Origin: Candidatus Alkanophaga liquidiphilum
Lineage (GTDB): Archaea > Halobacteriota > Syntropharchaeia > Alkanophagales > B39-G2
DNA: 64,000 nt
Assembly: GCA_029259535.1 (NCBI GenBank)
Contig: JAPHEF010000002.1
Span: 11,308 to 75,307 of the forward strand
Direction of reading: 5' to 3'
Shown here: positions 51,036 through 60,899 of the stretch, piece by piece
Position numbering within the stretch: position 1 is the first letter of the stretch
How the letters are laid out: every line of letters begins with the position of its first letter
The notes under the pieces: model-generated
Databases searched by the model: none
What the model was told of the DNA's origin: nothing
Seen by the model: only the letters and a program-made list of their open reading frames with translations
Position numbers and translations under genes: made by a program

Positions 51036-51854
51036 GTGAAAAGCTTGCAGCACCAAGAGTGGATGTCGAGAAGAGGGGTAGTTATGACTCTACGAGGTTT
51101 CAGGGGGGATCGAAGATGGCTGGGAGTTCTCACCCTCGTAGTAATCTTTGCGCTCTGGCAGCTCCTGCCTTCCTACGGCGTTCTGGATAAGTATCTGTTC
51201 CCACCACCGAGTGTCATCGTCAATGACGGTTTCTTGCCCTGGTTCGAGAGAACTTTCGTGAACGACGTGCTCTACAGCCTCCTGCACTGGGCTACCGGGC
51301 TTGCGCTTGGCTTCGTCGCTGGCTTCGCCCTCGGCATCACAATGGGCTGGTATCGGGTGGTGGACAGCATTTTTTACTACCTCATAGAGCTCGTCCGTCC
51401 GATTCCGCCGATTGCTTGGATTCCAGCGATGATAATATGGTTAGGCATTGGACACAGAACTGCGTCCGCCATCATTTTCATCGGCGCCTTCTTCCCGGTG
51501 CTGATAAACTGCTACAGCGGCGCCCGCAACGTGGACCCCGTGCTAATAGATGCCGCTAAGGTTTTAGGCACTCGAAACCTTTTGCTAAAGGTCGTCATCC
51601 CGTATGCAACGCCTTTCATCCTCACAGGCTTGCGAATTGCAATTGCGGCGTGCTGGATGTGTGTTGTCGCTGCCGAAATGTTCGGAACGACACGCTACGG
51701 GCTCGGCTGGACTCTCTTCCTCGCAATGAGCTGGGGGAGGATGGACCTAGTCTTTGCCGGGATGATAACTTTTGGCGTCATCGGGCTGGTAATGGACGTG
51801 GCATTCCGGCGGTTTGAACGCTGGATTTTGCGCTGGAAGCCGTTGGCGAGGTGA
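51036..51854 (+). CDS. ABC transporter permease (SsuC/TauC-like)
   Basis: RPIPPIAWIP, AAKVLG, VAAEM. Confidence 0.9.
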   Translation: MKSLQHQEWMSRRGVVMTLRGFRGDRRWLGVLTLVVIFALWQLLPSYGVLDKYLFPPPSVIVNDGFLPWFERTFVNDVLYSLLHWATGLALGFVAGFALGITMGWYRVVDSIFYYLIELVRPIPPIAWIPAMIIWLGIGHRTASAIIFIGAFFPVLINCYSGARNVDPVLIDAAKVLGTRNLLLKVVIPYATPFILTGLRIAIAACWMCVVAAEMFGTTRYGLGWTLFLAMSWGRMDLVFAGMITFGVIGLVMDVAFRRFERWILRWKPLAR

Positions 51855-51879
51855 GAGCTTGACTTAACGGGGTGAGAGC

Positions 51880-52680
51880 GTGGCTGCAGAGAAAATAAAG
51901 GTCAAGAATCTGCGCAAGGTCTTCATGACGAGGGACGCAAACAACGTCGTCGCACTCGACGACGTCAGCTTCTCCGTGCGTGAGGGCGAGTTCGTGTGCA
52001 TCGTCGGACCTTCGGGCTGCGGGAAGACCACACTCCTCAGAATCATCGCCGGCTTGGAACGCCCGACGAGCGGCAGCGTCACGCTCGACGGAAAGCCGGT
52101 CTCCGCCCCCGGAAAAGACCGCTGCATGGTTTTTCAGGAGTATGCGCTTTTCCCATGGCGCACCGTCCTCAAGAACATCACTTTCGGACTCGAAAACCTC
52201 AAAATTCCAAAGGACGAGCGGCTGCGGATTGCCAAGCGATATATCGAGCTCGTGGGGCTTCAGAGCTTCGAGGAAAGATACCCACATGAGCTTTCCGGCG
52301 GCATGCGGCAGCGTGTCGGCATCGCAAGAGCGCTGGCAATCGAGCCTGAGGTGCTGCTAATGGACGAGCCTTTCGGGAGCCTCGACGCCCAGACGCGAAA
52401 CATGCTGCAGATGGAGCTTCTGGAAATCTGGAGCAAGACGCAGAAGACTATTCTATTCGTGACGCACAGCGTCGACGAAGCAGTCTTCCTCGCTGATAAA
52501 ATCGTGGTGCTCAGCGCCAGACCCGCAGTCGTCAAGGAAATTTTAGAAGTGGACCTAAGCAGGATGCGGGACAGAACGAGCCTGGAGTTTAACGAAATTC
52601 GCTCTAAAGTCCTCAAAATACTACAAAAAGAATCGGAAAAGGCGATGGAGCTTGAAAAAGTAGCAGGGACACAAGCTTAA
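51880..52680 (+). CDS. ABC transporter ATPase (SsuB/TauB-like)
   Basis: GPSGCGKT, LSGGMRQR, MDEPF. Confidence 0.93.
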   Translation: MAAEKIKVKNLRKVFMTRDANNVVALDDVSFSVREGEFVCIVGPSGCGKTTLLRIIAGLERPTSGSVTLDGKPVSAPGKDRCMVFQEYALFPWRTVLKNITFGLENLKIPKDERLRIAKRYIELVGLQSFEERYPHELSGGMRQRVGIARALAIEPEVLLMDEPFGSLDAQTRNMLQMELLEIWSKTQKTILFVTHSVDEAVFLADKIVVLSARPAVVKEILEVDLSRMRDRTSLEFNEIRSKVLKILQKESEKAMELEKVAGTQA

Positions 52681-52725
52681 AGTGGCAAGGCTTGAAGCGT
52701 CAAGGACACAACAACCTCCGAACAG

Positions 52726-53910
52726 CTAAGCGTCAGCACGGGCAGTGCCTCGCAGCGCCACTCCGAATTCTGATTCTACGAGCTTGTTGACGCCGACAAC
52801 CTTAGAATGAGCGTCAAGCTCCACGATTACCCTGTCGTATCCGAGCTTTCTCAGCGGGAGCACTTCCCTCGGACCGTTCGTGACTGCGACTTTTAAAGCT
52901 TCATCGCACTTTTGCGAGGTGGTGACTGCGTGCGGGTTCCCGACGCAAACAAGAACATCGGCAGCGTAACGCTGCAAAATGCGGGCAGCTTCCTCACCGG
53001 CGAAGGAATAATCGTCAAGCCCGCCTGTGAAGTGGTCTATTCTCACGCCCCGCCCTTCAAGCTCCTTTAAAATGTTTTCAGCGTGCATTCTTATACGTGG
53101 CAGCCCCTGCTTCGGGTCAAGGTTCGCGATGTTCACGACGGCGGTGTCGCAAAGCGTCGCAACTTCGTTCACCGCAAGCAGAACGTCCGCAAAAATATAA
53201 CCAAGCTCCTTCTTTGCGTTGAGCACGCAAACGACCTTTGCATCGGAAACTTCGCCAGCGTCGGCTGCATCGGAAGCTGTATCAGCGGCATTAGCGTAGG
53301 ATAAAGCCCACAACCTCTTAAAAATTTCTCTTGCAACTCGTTCTTTATTGTCACCACGACTTGGCGGGATATATTCGAAGGACGCCATGCCCCGCTCCTT
53401 CTCTATTTTGGTAGCCTTTTTCAGAAGGTTCTTCTGCCGTTCCAGCTCACGAGAGTCGAGCAAGCCCTCCTCGAAGGCAGCCTCTAACGCCTTTATGGCG
53501 CCGACGGTGTTGTCCGGGAAGCCACAGTGCACCTCCACGACCACGATTTTCGTATTTGCGTCGTAGGACGCCCGAAATTCCTCGCAGACGCCCTGCATGT
53601 CCTCCCCAATAATCATGCTTGCGCACGTTCCGACAACGCCCACGAGCTTGAAAGAAAATTGCTCGGTTACCTTTTTAAGGACGTCCAAGAGTTTTTCCCG
53701 GCCTCCGAAGATGTAGTCTTGTTCGGTCATCGCAGTCGTGAAGACTCGGACGCCGTCGTCTTCCAGCATCCTCGCAGTCTTGAAATTACAACCCGTCGGA
53801 CCGTGCAGGATGATGGCTTCGACGCCCAAGTCTCGCAGCGTATACATTGCGGCGGCTATTGCGTTCGGTCTCGGGTGCAAGACTTCAAACTCCAACTTCA
53901 CCATCCCCAA
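52726..53910 (-). CDS. cfbD: Ni-sirohydrochlorin a,c-diamide reductive cyclase catalytic subunit
   Basis: [40 protein letters not shown]. Confidence 0.93.
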   Translation of the reverse strand: MGMVKLEFEVLHPRPNAIAAAMYTLRDLGVEAIILHGPTGCNFKTARMLEDDGVRVFTTAMTEQDYIFGGREKLLDVLKKVTEQFSFKLVGVVGTCASMIIGEDMQGVCEEFRASYDANTKIVVVEVHCGFPDNTVGAIKALEAAFEEGLLDSRELERQKNLLKKATKIEKERGMASFEYIPPSRGDNKERVAREIFKRLWALSYANAADTASDAADAGEVSDAKVVCVLNAKKELGYIFADVLLAVNEVATLCDTAVVNIANLDPKQGLPRIRMHAENILKELEGRGVRIDHFTGGLDDYSFAGEEAARILQRYAADVLVCVGNPHAVTTSQKCDEALKVAVTNGPREVLPLRKLGYDRVIVELDAHSKVVGVNKLVESEFGVALRGTARADA

Positions 53911-55258
53911 ATACCGTCCTCGAATCCTTCAAGGCAAATAGCACCACAGCGTCCTCGTTAAGTTTCTGCATCATCTCTGATATTTCTTTCTCGGTCAGGA
54001 GCGCTCCCGCAGCGCCCAGCTCTTTAAGTTTTCGTCCTACCTTGCCGACGAGGAAAACCTCAAACCCCTCAAACCTCCCAACCGCATCCAACATCTCCTC
54101 GTAGCGTAGCTGCGAGCAACTACCCCTGCCATCGCCGCCGAGCACGACGACGGCTCTTGCTTTCCCCTCCTTTTCCTTAATGTTCAAAGCCTGCCGCATC
54201 GCATTCTCAAGCGACGCCGCATCGAGCGCAGGATTCGCATCCTCCAAAAATACGACGTTACCCCAGCGAAGGCACCGCATCCTCCCCGGAACGCCCCTAC
54301 TCCTTTTTATGCCCCGCTTCACGGAAGAAAGGCTTGCACCAAGTAGTAAGGAGGTGAAAGCCGCTGCCAGCACGTTTTCAATATAACCCGCAGAGATGTG
54401 AGGGTTTGAAAAAAACTCGGTCTGCACCTCTTCGAAGCCGTCAGCCGCTGCATCGAGTAACGCCGCCCACGCTTCCGTGTCGTCGTAGAGGAGCGTTCGC
54501 GGCGTAGTTATCTCTCCACTGCTGCGGAGGAATGCCTCGTAACGTCTGTAAGCTCTTTTGTTCAGGATGATATTTTTGGAGCGTAATGCCGTAAACAACT
54601 TGGCGGTTGTGGCGCTCAGCCCACCTGCCGCAATTTTGTAATCGGGCTCCAGCGTCGTCAGCACGCTCACATCCGCCGCTCCTGTAAATCCTAGAGAGAT
54701 TTCAAAAATGAAAACTTCAACCCCCAACCCCTCGGCAAGCTCCAACACGCTCAGGACATTCGCCGGCGTTATGTCCGTTCTTCCTCTTAATTTGCGTTTG
54801 TCGCCGTCACTGCCGTAAAACACGCCTAAGCTGCTGGACATTAGCACCTTTTTGCCAGCCTCCCTGAGGATGTCGAACAAGAAAAACACCGTAGATGTTT
54901 TACCTTTGATACCTGTTACTTCCACGATTTTGCCATGCGGCTTCTTTTCTTCGAGCAAGACGCCCACGAGCTCGTGGTGCGAGGATATTTTACCGTCTGG
55001 GTGGGTATTTACGGGATTAAACACCGGAGAATGAACTGGTGAAAAAATGAAATCATAGGGCGAAGGGTCGTCCACGAAACGCTTAACTTCGACGCCGAGC
55101 TTTTCCAGGGACTCTTGCCGCTCCCTACTCAGCGTGCCGTAGATGTCGGCGGCGGCGACGCTCGCACAGGTTTCTAAAAGTGTCTCGGCGAGAATCACGC
55201 CGCCATGCGTCATGTCAACGACGAGCACGTCCTTGCCCCGCAGCTCCTTCAGTCTCAC
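53885..55258 (-). CDS. cfbE: coenzyme F430 synthase (Mur ligase family)
   Basis: [30 protein letters not shown]; adjacent to cfbD. Confidence 0.9.
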   Translation of the reverse strand: MRLKELRGKDVLVVDMTHGGVILAETLLETCASVAAADIYGTLSRERQESLEKLGVEVKRFVDDPSPYDFIFSPVHSPVFNPVNTHPDGKISSHHELVGVLLEEKKPHGKIVEVTGIKGKTSTVFFLFDILREAGKKVLMSSSLGVFYGSDGDKRKLRGRTDITPANVLSVLELAEGLGVEVFIFEISLGFTGAADVSVLTTLEPDYKIAAGGLSATTAKLFTALRSKNIILNKRAYRRYEAFLRSSGEITTPRTLLYDDTEAWAALLDAAADGFEEVQTEFFSNPHISAGYIENVLAAAFTSLLLGASLSSVKRGIKRSRGVPGRMRCLRWGNVVFLEDANPALDAASLENAMRQALNIKEKEGKARAVVVLGGDGRGSCSQLRYEEMLDAVGRFEGFEVFLVGKVGRKLKELGAAGALLTEKEISEMMQKLNEDAVVLFALKDSRTVFGDGEVGV

Positions 55259-55910
55259 AATTGGATTTCGGCAACGTAAATGTTAAAACTTCACGCAAGT
55301 CGTAAATGACGAAGTCGGCGGCGCCCGACGCCAGAAGCGCATCGTCGGGACAAACGGCCAAGCCGAGTCCCGCCGCTCGTAAGAAGCTCGCATCGTATTT
55401 ACTGTCGCCGACAGCAACCGTCTCCTCCATTTTTACGCCATGCTCAGCGGCTATGCGCCGCAGTAAGGCATCTTTCTTGCGGGGCTCCACTCGCACGACG
55501 CCCTCACCTGTCAAAAAACCCCCATCATCTATTTCCAAATCGTTAGCGACGAAAAAGTTCATGTTCAAGGCAGCAGCGACCTCAGCAGCGAGCATGTCGA
55601 GGCCACCTGTTATGATCCCGATTTTCACGTCGTGCGTCCTGAGCGTCTCAACCACGAATTCTGCATGCGGCATGAACTCGAAATCATCGAGGACCTTACA
55701 TATTTCCGAGACATGGATTTTACTGTTGCGAGCTCGCAGCCAAGCATTGATGTCCCGCCGCATGAATTCGTCGTAGCTTATCTCCCCACGGTCATATGCC
55801 ATTAAATTCTCTATGCTAACTTCTAAAGTGCCAAAATACTCATGCAGCTTGACCCACGAGTGCCCTCTGATGAGCGTGCCGTCCATGTCGAAAGCTACGA
55901 GCTTATACAT
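55215..55910 (-). CDS. HAD-IB phosphatase (phosphoserine phosphatase-like)
   Basis: FDMDGTL, ITGG, VGDSKYD. Confidence 0.88.
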   Translation of the reverse strand: MYKLVAFDMDGTLIRGHSWVKLHEYFGTLEVSIENLMAYDRGEISYDEFMRRDINAWLRARNSKIHVSEICKVLDDFEFMPHAEFVVETLRTHDVKIGIITGGLDMLAAEVAAALNMNFFVANDLEIDDGGFLTGEGVVRVEPRKKDALLRRIAAEHGVKMEETVAVGDSKYDASFLRAAGLGLAVCPDDALLASGAADFVIYDLREVLTFTLPKSNCETEGAAGQGRARR

Positions 55911-55914
55911 TTTC

Positions 55915-56613
55915 TCAAAGCAAATGAAGCCCTCCCGTGAACTTTTCGCATCTTTCGCAGGTGTCCCTCGCCGTTATTCCAATAATATCCGAGGGCGTCG
56001 CCCCAAACCTCGCATACACTACCTTCGGCGTCACTCCCAAGCTCTGCGCCGCCGCTCTAAAATACTGGAATCCCGTCAAGTCCTGACGCCGCAAACCTCT
56101 TATGTTTGCGGAAAGCCCAACGCAGCCGCACCGCAGAGCGAAGACGCTAAGCTCCGACACGTATATAGGGAAGCCCGTGATTTTCCTTAACTCCTCCTCA
56201 ACAGCTCCCCTACACCTCAAGACCGCATCTTTTTTAGCATGTCCCTTTCCGGATTTGCAGCTCTCGATGACGAAAACATCGGGCCATGGTCTTTCCGCCG
56301 CATACTCAGCCTCGCAACGCTCGCAAAAGTCGAGTATCTTTAGCTGCAAGACCTCAAAATTCTCGCCACGCTGAAAAGAGACGTTCTTCGGGACGACGCC
56401 GAGCTCGGCAGCGAGCTTCTTGAGTTTTTTTACGAACCCTTTAGCCTTCAGCAGCTCAACATCCTCAGCGCTGACGCCGAGCGGGAACACGGTCAGGGCG
56501 ACGCACCCACACGCATTTGCCGAAAGTGCGAGCTGGTTTATAGCAGAACTTGCTAAAATCCTCCTAAGTTCTTTTTCCATGCCTTCTCTGTGCGCCCTCA
56601 ACCCCATTTTCAC
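55915..56613 (-). CDS. hypothetical protein with two tandem CGC...CxxC domains
   Basis: ACGCVAL..FCERC and RCGCVGL..TCERC. Confidence 0.75.
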   Translation of the reverse strand: MKMGLRAHREGMEKELRRILASSAINQLALSANACGCVALTVFPLGVSAEDVELLKAKGFVKKLKKLAAELGVVPKNVSFQRGENFEVLQLKILDFCERCEAEYAAERPWPDVFVIESCKSGKGHAKKDAVLRCRGAVEEELRKITGFPIYVSELSVFALRCGCVGLSANIRGLRRQDLTGFQYFRAAAQSLGVTPKVVYARFGATPSDIIGITARDTCERCEKFTGGLHLL

Positions 56614-56790
56614 AACATTGTTGCTGAACTATTTTTACCTTAAAGTTTGAGTTGGCTTGCGAGATATGGATGCGGGAGGGCGAGCAACGGTCGAGCCGTG
56701 AGTCGTAACACAACGCGGTAGCGTGTCGAATTAAACTTTTGGCAGCGAAAACCGTAAGTTTTCTTAGTAACCTCCCAAAAGGGAAGGAAT

Positions 56791-58506
56791 ATGAAGAGGC
56801 TTGAGGTTTTAGCAGTAGCGGCGCTTACCGCGGTTTTCATCTGCTCGGCGCTCGTGAACTTCGGCGCCTTGGAACTTCCACAAAGCCGATGGAAAGCCCC
56901 CGAGAACGCAAGCTTCTACTTGGATTTGGGCGGGAGCTGTGGAGTGAAGTGTGTTTACGTATTCCTAGGCGACGAACACAGAACGTGCTTCGACCTTTAC
57001 GCCGGCGCCCCAGGGGGCTGGAGGCACGTGGGAAAATTGGACAAAAGCGGCGACTTCTGTAAGTGGGAGAAAGTGAATGTTGGGGAAGAGACAAGATTCC
57101 TAAAATTCGAATTTCAGAGCTCTGCGGGAGAAGTTGGCGAGGTCCTCGTCGTTTCTGAGGACGGCGAAAGGATAGGAATTAAAGGCGTCATCGGCTTGAA
57201 CGGAACTGCGGGCGAGAGCCTTTCGCGCCTGATAGACGAACAAGACGTGGCGACACCGCCGCTCACACAGAAATACGGCACGTATTTCGACGAAATTTAC
57301 TTCGTGCGGACGGCATGGGAGTATTTGCACTCCGAGGAGCCATTCGAGTGGACGCATCCGCCGCTTAGCAAGCTAATAATTGCGTTGGGCATTCTGAGCT
57401 TCGGGATGTGTCCATTTGCGTGGCGTTTCTTTGGGCTGCTGGCGGCTGCCGCTTTGATTCCTCTGATGTTCTTTTTTGGGAGACGGCTTTTTAAGTCGTC
57501 GTTTGCAGGCGTGCTTTGCGCATTCCTCATGACTTTTGACTTTATGCACTTCACGATGGCAAGACTCGCCACCGGTGAGATCTTTATCCTCTTCTTCACA
57601 ACGCTGATGTTTTTCTTCTTCTTCCGGTATTTCGACGAGGCTTTCGGCGGCGGCAGCGGCGTGCAAAGAAAAGGTGTGTCAAAGACGGCATTCCGCTCGC
57701 TCTTCCTGAGCGTCGTAGTGTTCGGATTGGCGCTCTCGACGAAGTGGAACACCATTTATGGCTTTGCTGCCGTGCTCGTCTTGCTCGTGCTGCTCTGGAC
57801 GAGTAGGTCGGGCAGAGCAATGGCTAAGCAAAAAGCGGCGCTTGCAGTGGTTGCAGGGCTGCTCGTCGCCGCTTTGATCTATGTGTTGAGCTACGTGCCT
57901 TACATGCTTACTGGGCACGGCATTTACGACGTGCTCATGCTTCAGCGAAGGATGTATCTGTATCATGCAACGCTCACGGCGACGCACCCGTTCTCGTCGC
58001 CGTGGTGGAGCTGGTGGCTGATGACGAAGCCGCTCTGGCTCTACTTCAACGACTTGAACAGCAGCGTCTCGACAATAGTTTGTATGGGGAACCCCCTGAT
58101 TTGGTGGGGGTCCATACCGTTCATGATGCTCTCGCTAGTCAAGCTCGTGAGGAGTAGGTTTTCGGATAAAGCAAGCGTTTTTATAACCATTCCATTTTTC
58201 CTGCAATGGCTTCCCTACGCCTCTATTTCGAGATGCCTCTTTATCTATCACTTCCTCCCAAACATCCCGTTCATGATATTCGCCACAGTTTACTGGCTGA
58301 ATTGGCTGTGCGTCGGCAGTAGCAGTCCCTCTCTAAAAAGGTTAGGCAAAGTGTTCGTTGCGGTGTTCCTCGTCGCCGTCATTGTGTTTTTTGTGGTGTT
58401 TTATCCTGTTATTTCGGGGGTGCCCATCTCGCCTGAGTATAAGGAGTCGTTAAGATGGTTCGAATACAAGGAGGAGACAAAGGCATGGCTGGGCTGGGTC
58501 TTCTGA
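56791..58506 (+). CDS. PMT/GT39-family lipid-phosphate-mannose:protein mannosyltransferase
   Basis: YFDEIYF, EWTHPPLSK, HPFSSPWWSW, FIYHFLP; multi-TM. Confidence 0.85.
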   Translation: MKRLEVLAVAALTAVFICSALVNFGALELPQSRWKAPENASFYLDLGGSCGVKCVYVFLGDEHRTCFDLYAGAPGGWRHVGKLDKSGDFCKWEKVNVGEETRFLKFEFQSSAGEVGEVLVVSEDGERIGIKGVIGLNGTAGESLSRLIDEQDVATPPLTQKYGTYFDEIYFVRTAWEYLHSEEPFEWTHPPLSKLIIALGILSFGMCPFAWRFFGLLAAAALIPLMFFFGRRLFKSSFAGVLCAFLMTFDFMHFTMARLATGEIFILFFTTLMFFFFFRYFDEAFGGGSGVQRKGVSKTAFRSLFLSVVVFGLALSTKWNTIYGFAAVLVLLVLLWTSRSGRAMAKQKAALAVVAGLLVAALIYVLSYVPYMLTGHGIYDVLMLQRRMYLYHATLTATHPFSSPWWSWWLMTKPLWLYFNDLNSSVSTIVCMGNPLIWWGSIPFMMLSLVKLVRSRFSDKASVFITIPFFLQWLPYASISRCLFIYHFLPNIPFMIFATVYWLNWLCVGSSSPSLKRLGKVFVAVFLVAVIVFFVVFYPVISGVPISPEYKESLRWFEYKEETKAWLGWVF

Positions 58507-58535
58507 GAGAAAAAAGCTCTGAAAAAAAAGACAAG

Positions 58536-59132
58536 ATGCCGTTCATAGTTTTTGAGGGCTTGGACGGCTCGGGGTTGACGACGCACGCTTTCGACCTGCA
58601 CAAGTGGTTTGAGGCGAGGGGTTACGAGGTGTATTTGACTAAGGAGCCGACAGACGGCGTATTCGGCGGCTTGATACGGGGGGCGCTCAGAGGGGAGCTA
58701 AAAGTGAATGCGAAGGCATTAGCCCTCCTATTTGCGGCTGACCGTGCGCAGCACACTGAAATCATAAAAAAACTTACAAGCGGCGGCGTCGTGGTGATCT
58801 CCGATAGGTACAAGCTTTCGTCTTACGCTTACCAGTCCATAGAGGTGGATTTGGGCTGGCTGCGTAAGATAAACGAGGGGGCATTGACACCGGACGTGAC
58901 GTTCGTAATAGACGTGCCACCGGCGGTCTGCATGCGCCGCTTACGGAAGGAGCGCTTTCACACTGAGCTTTATGAAGATGCAGAAACGCTTGAAAAGGTT
59001 AGAAAAAATTATCAAAGATTGGCGGAAGAAGAGGAGAACGTCGTCATAATCGACGGGAACCGCCCACAAGACGTGGTGAACAAGGAAATCTTCCAAAAAG
59101 TAAAAGAGTTGGAGCTTTTAGAGGGGCTTTAA
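58536..59132 (+). CDS. tmk: thymidylate kinase
   Basis: FEGLDGSG, KEP, LFAADR, SDRY..SYAYQ. Confidence 0.92.
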   Translation: MPFIVFEGLDGSGLTTHAFDLHKWFEARGYEVYLTKEPTDGVFGGLIRGALRGELKVNAKALALLFAADRAQHTEIIKKLTSGGVVVISDRYKLSSYAYQSIEVDLGWLRKINEGALTPDVTFVIDVPPAVCMRRLRKERFHTELYEDAETLEKVRKNYQRLAEEEENVVIIDGNRPQDVVNKEIFQKVKELELLEGL

Positions 59133-59191
59133 ACTTGTCACAAAGCCGCCAAGTGAGTTTTGGACAGCGTTCCAAGAGTATTTAAAGGCAA

Positions 59192-59332
59192 CGAGCGATT
59201 TGGGCGAGGTTCCGAAAGCACGTAACCATGAACGGCGTGATGGGATAAAGATAGCACCCTTTCGGGGGAGCCCACGCCGCCGTAACGCTCAATCATTGGG
59301 ATGGCAGGGCGTGCCCCACCTCTTGAAGCTCG
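59192..59332 (+). ncRNA. candidate structured RNA upstream of glnA
   Basis: Nested stems CGAGC/GCTCG, GAGGT/ACCTC, GCACGT/GCGTGC, CCAT/ATGG, CGGCGTG..GG/CCCACGCCG, CCC-TTTCG-GGG; TATTTAAA upstream. Confidence 0.4.
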
Positions 59333-59359
59333 ACTTTAGTCTGGAAAAAAGATGTGCAG

Positions 59360-59418
59360 AACATTGTCATATTTTATATATGTCTAAAACGGTCAATGTT
59401 GCAAAAAACTATTTATAT
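59360..59418 (+). promoter_or_regulatory. inverted repeat plus TATA box of the glnA promoter
   Basis: AACATTGTC (59360-68) / GTCAATGTT (59392-400), then AAAAAAC-TATTTATAT. Confidence 0.45.
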
Positions 59419-59449
59419 GGGCAACGTTTAAACCCCCGTGGGTGGGAAG

Positions 59450-60898
59450 ATGGACATACGGGAGAAAGCGGTGGAAATGCTGAAAAGTGCGGACGTCAAG
59501 AACGTGCATTGCTTCTTCAGCGATGTGCGTGGCGTGCTGATGAGTTTCACGATCCCCGCAAGCGAATTTACCGAGGGCAACGCCTTCGACGGCATCGGCT
59601 TCGACGGCTCCTCCGTCCGAGGCTTCAGGTCCATCGAGGAGAGCGACATGATATGGATGCCTGACCCGACGATGCTGCGAGTGATTCCCTGGGTTGACGA
59701 CCCGATACAGAAGTCGGCGTTCATGTTCGGCGACGTTTACGAGGCGTTCGGTGGCGGCGTTGCCGACTGTGACCCGCGGGGCTACGTCGCAAGGCGTGCC
59801 GTGAAAGAGGCTGAAAGCATGGGTTTCTCTGCGGTCTTCGGTCCTGAGATTGAGTTTTTCGTGTTCGAGCGGCTCGACCCGACGCAACTCATCTACGACC
59901 TTTTCGTCTCGCCTGCCGGTGGTGCGGGCGACTCCTGGGGACCGCCGAGAACAATGCCGAAGTCCCCGGAGCTCGAGCCCGGCGGCTTAATCGTCCGCCC
60001 GAAGGAGGGCTATTTCAGGGCGCCGCCCGAGGACTCGACGAACGAGTATCGGAACGAGCTTTGCTTCTACTTAAAAAAACTCGGCGTCGAGGTCGAATAC
60101 CACCACCACGAAGTCGCAACCGCGGGTCAGGTGGAGCTGAACTACAAGCCGCAGCCGCTCGTGACGTGCGGCGACTTCGCCTACATCTACAAATTCGCCG
60201 CCCGTAATATCGCGAAGAAATACGGCTGGATCGCCACATTCATGCCAAAGCCTCTTTACTTGGACAATGCGTCGGGCATGCACACGCACCAGTCCATCTG
60301 GAAAGGCGGTGAGAACGTGATGTATGACGAGGACGACGAGTATGCTGAGCTTTCGCAGCTCGGGCGCTACTACGTCGGTGGGCTCCTCGAACACGCAAGA
60401 GCGCTAACTGCAGTCTGCTGCCCCACCGTGAACTCATATAAAAGGCTCGTCCCCGGCTTCGAGGCGCCGATTTACATCATGTGGAGCCGCAGGAACCGCT
60501 CGGCGCTTGTAAGAATCCCGGTTTACCACAAAGGGCGAGCGCACGCAAAGGCAAAACGAGCTGAGTATCGAGCGGTAGACCCCTCTTGCAACCCGTATCT
60601 TGCGTTCGCCTGCCAGCTCGCTGCGGGACTCGACGGCATAAAGCACAAGATTGACCCCGGCGACCCTGTTGATGAAGACGTTTACGAGCTGACACCGGAG
60701 CTCCGGCGGAAATACGGAGTGTGGGAGCTGCCGACGACGCTTAGAGAGGCTCTGGACGAGCTGACGACCGACGAAGTCGTTCAGAGAGCGCTCGGCTCAC
60801 ACATCTACGACAAGTTCGTGGAACTGAAGACGGATGAGTGGAACCAATACTGCCTCTACATCACGCCTTGGGAGATTATGAAGTATTTGGATTACTAA
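59450..60898 (+). CDS. glnA: glutamine synthetase type I
   Basis: FDGSS, HHHEVA, FMPKP..NASGMHTHQS, NSYKRLVPGFEAP. Confidence 0.97.
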   Translation: MDIREKAVEMLKSADVKNVHCFFSDVRGVLMSFTIPASEFTEGNAFDGIGFDGSSVRGFRSIEESDMIWMPDPTMLRVIPWVDDPIQKSAFMFGDVYEAFGGGVADCDPRGYVARRAVKEAESMGFSAVFGPEIEFFVFERLDPTQLIYDLFVSPAGGAGDSWGPPRTMPKSPELEPGGLIVRPKEGYFRAPPEDSTNEYRNELCFYLKKLGVEVEYHHHEVATAGQVELNYKPQPLVTCGDFAYIYKFAARNIAKKYGWIATFMPKPLYLDNASGMHTHQSIWKGGENVMYDEDDEYAELSQLGRYYVGGLLEHARALTAVCCPTVNSYKRLVPGFEAPIYIMWSRRNRSALVRIPVYHKGRAHAKAKRAEYRAVDPSCNPYLAFACQLAAGLDGIKHKIDPGDPVDEDVYELTPELRRKYGVWELPTTLREALDELTTDEVVQRALGSHIYDKFVELKTDEWNQYCLYITPWEIMKYLDY

Positions 60899-60899
60899 G

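Noticed and set aside
56602-56616. 15-nt match (GTTGTGAAAATGGGG) to the IsrB right junction/guide, suggesting targeting of the cfb operon start
   Set aside because: The TAM-proximal guide bases and the TAM do not match; a match this short, with start-codon-like composition, is expected by chance
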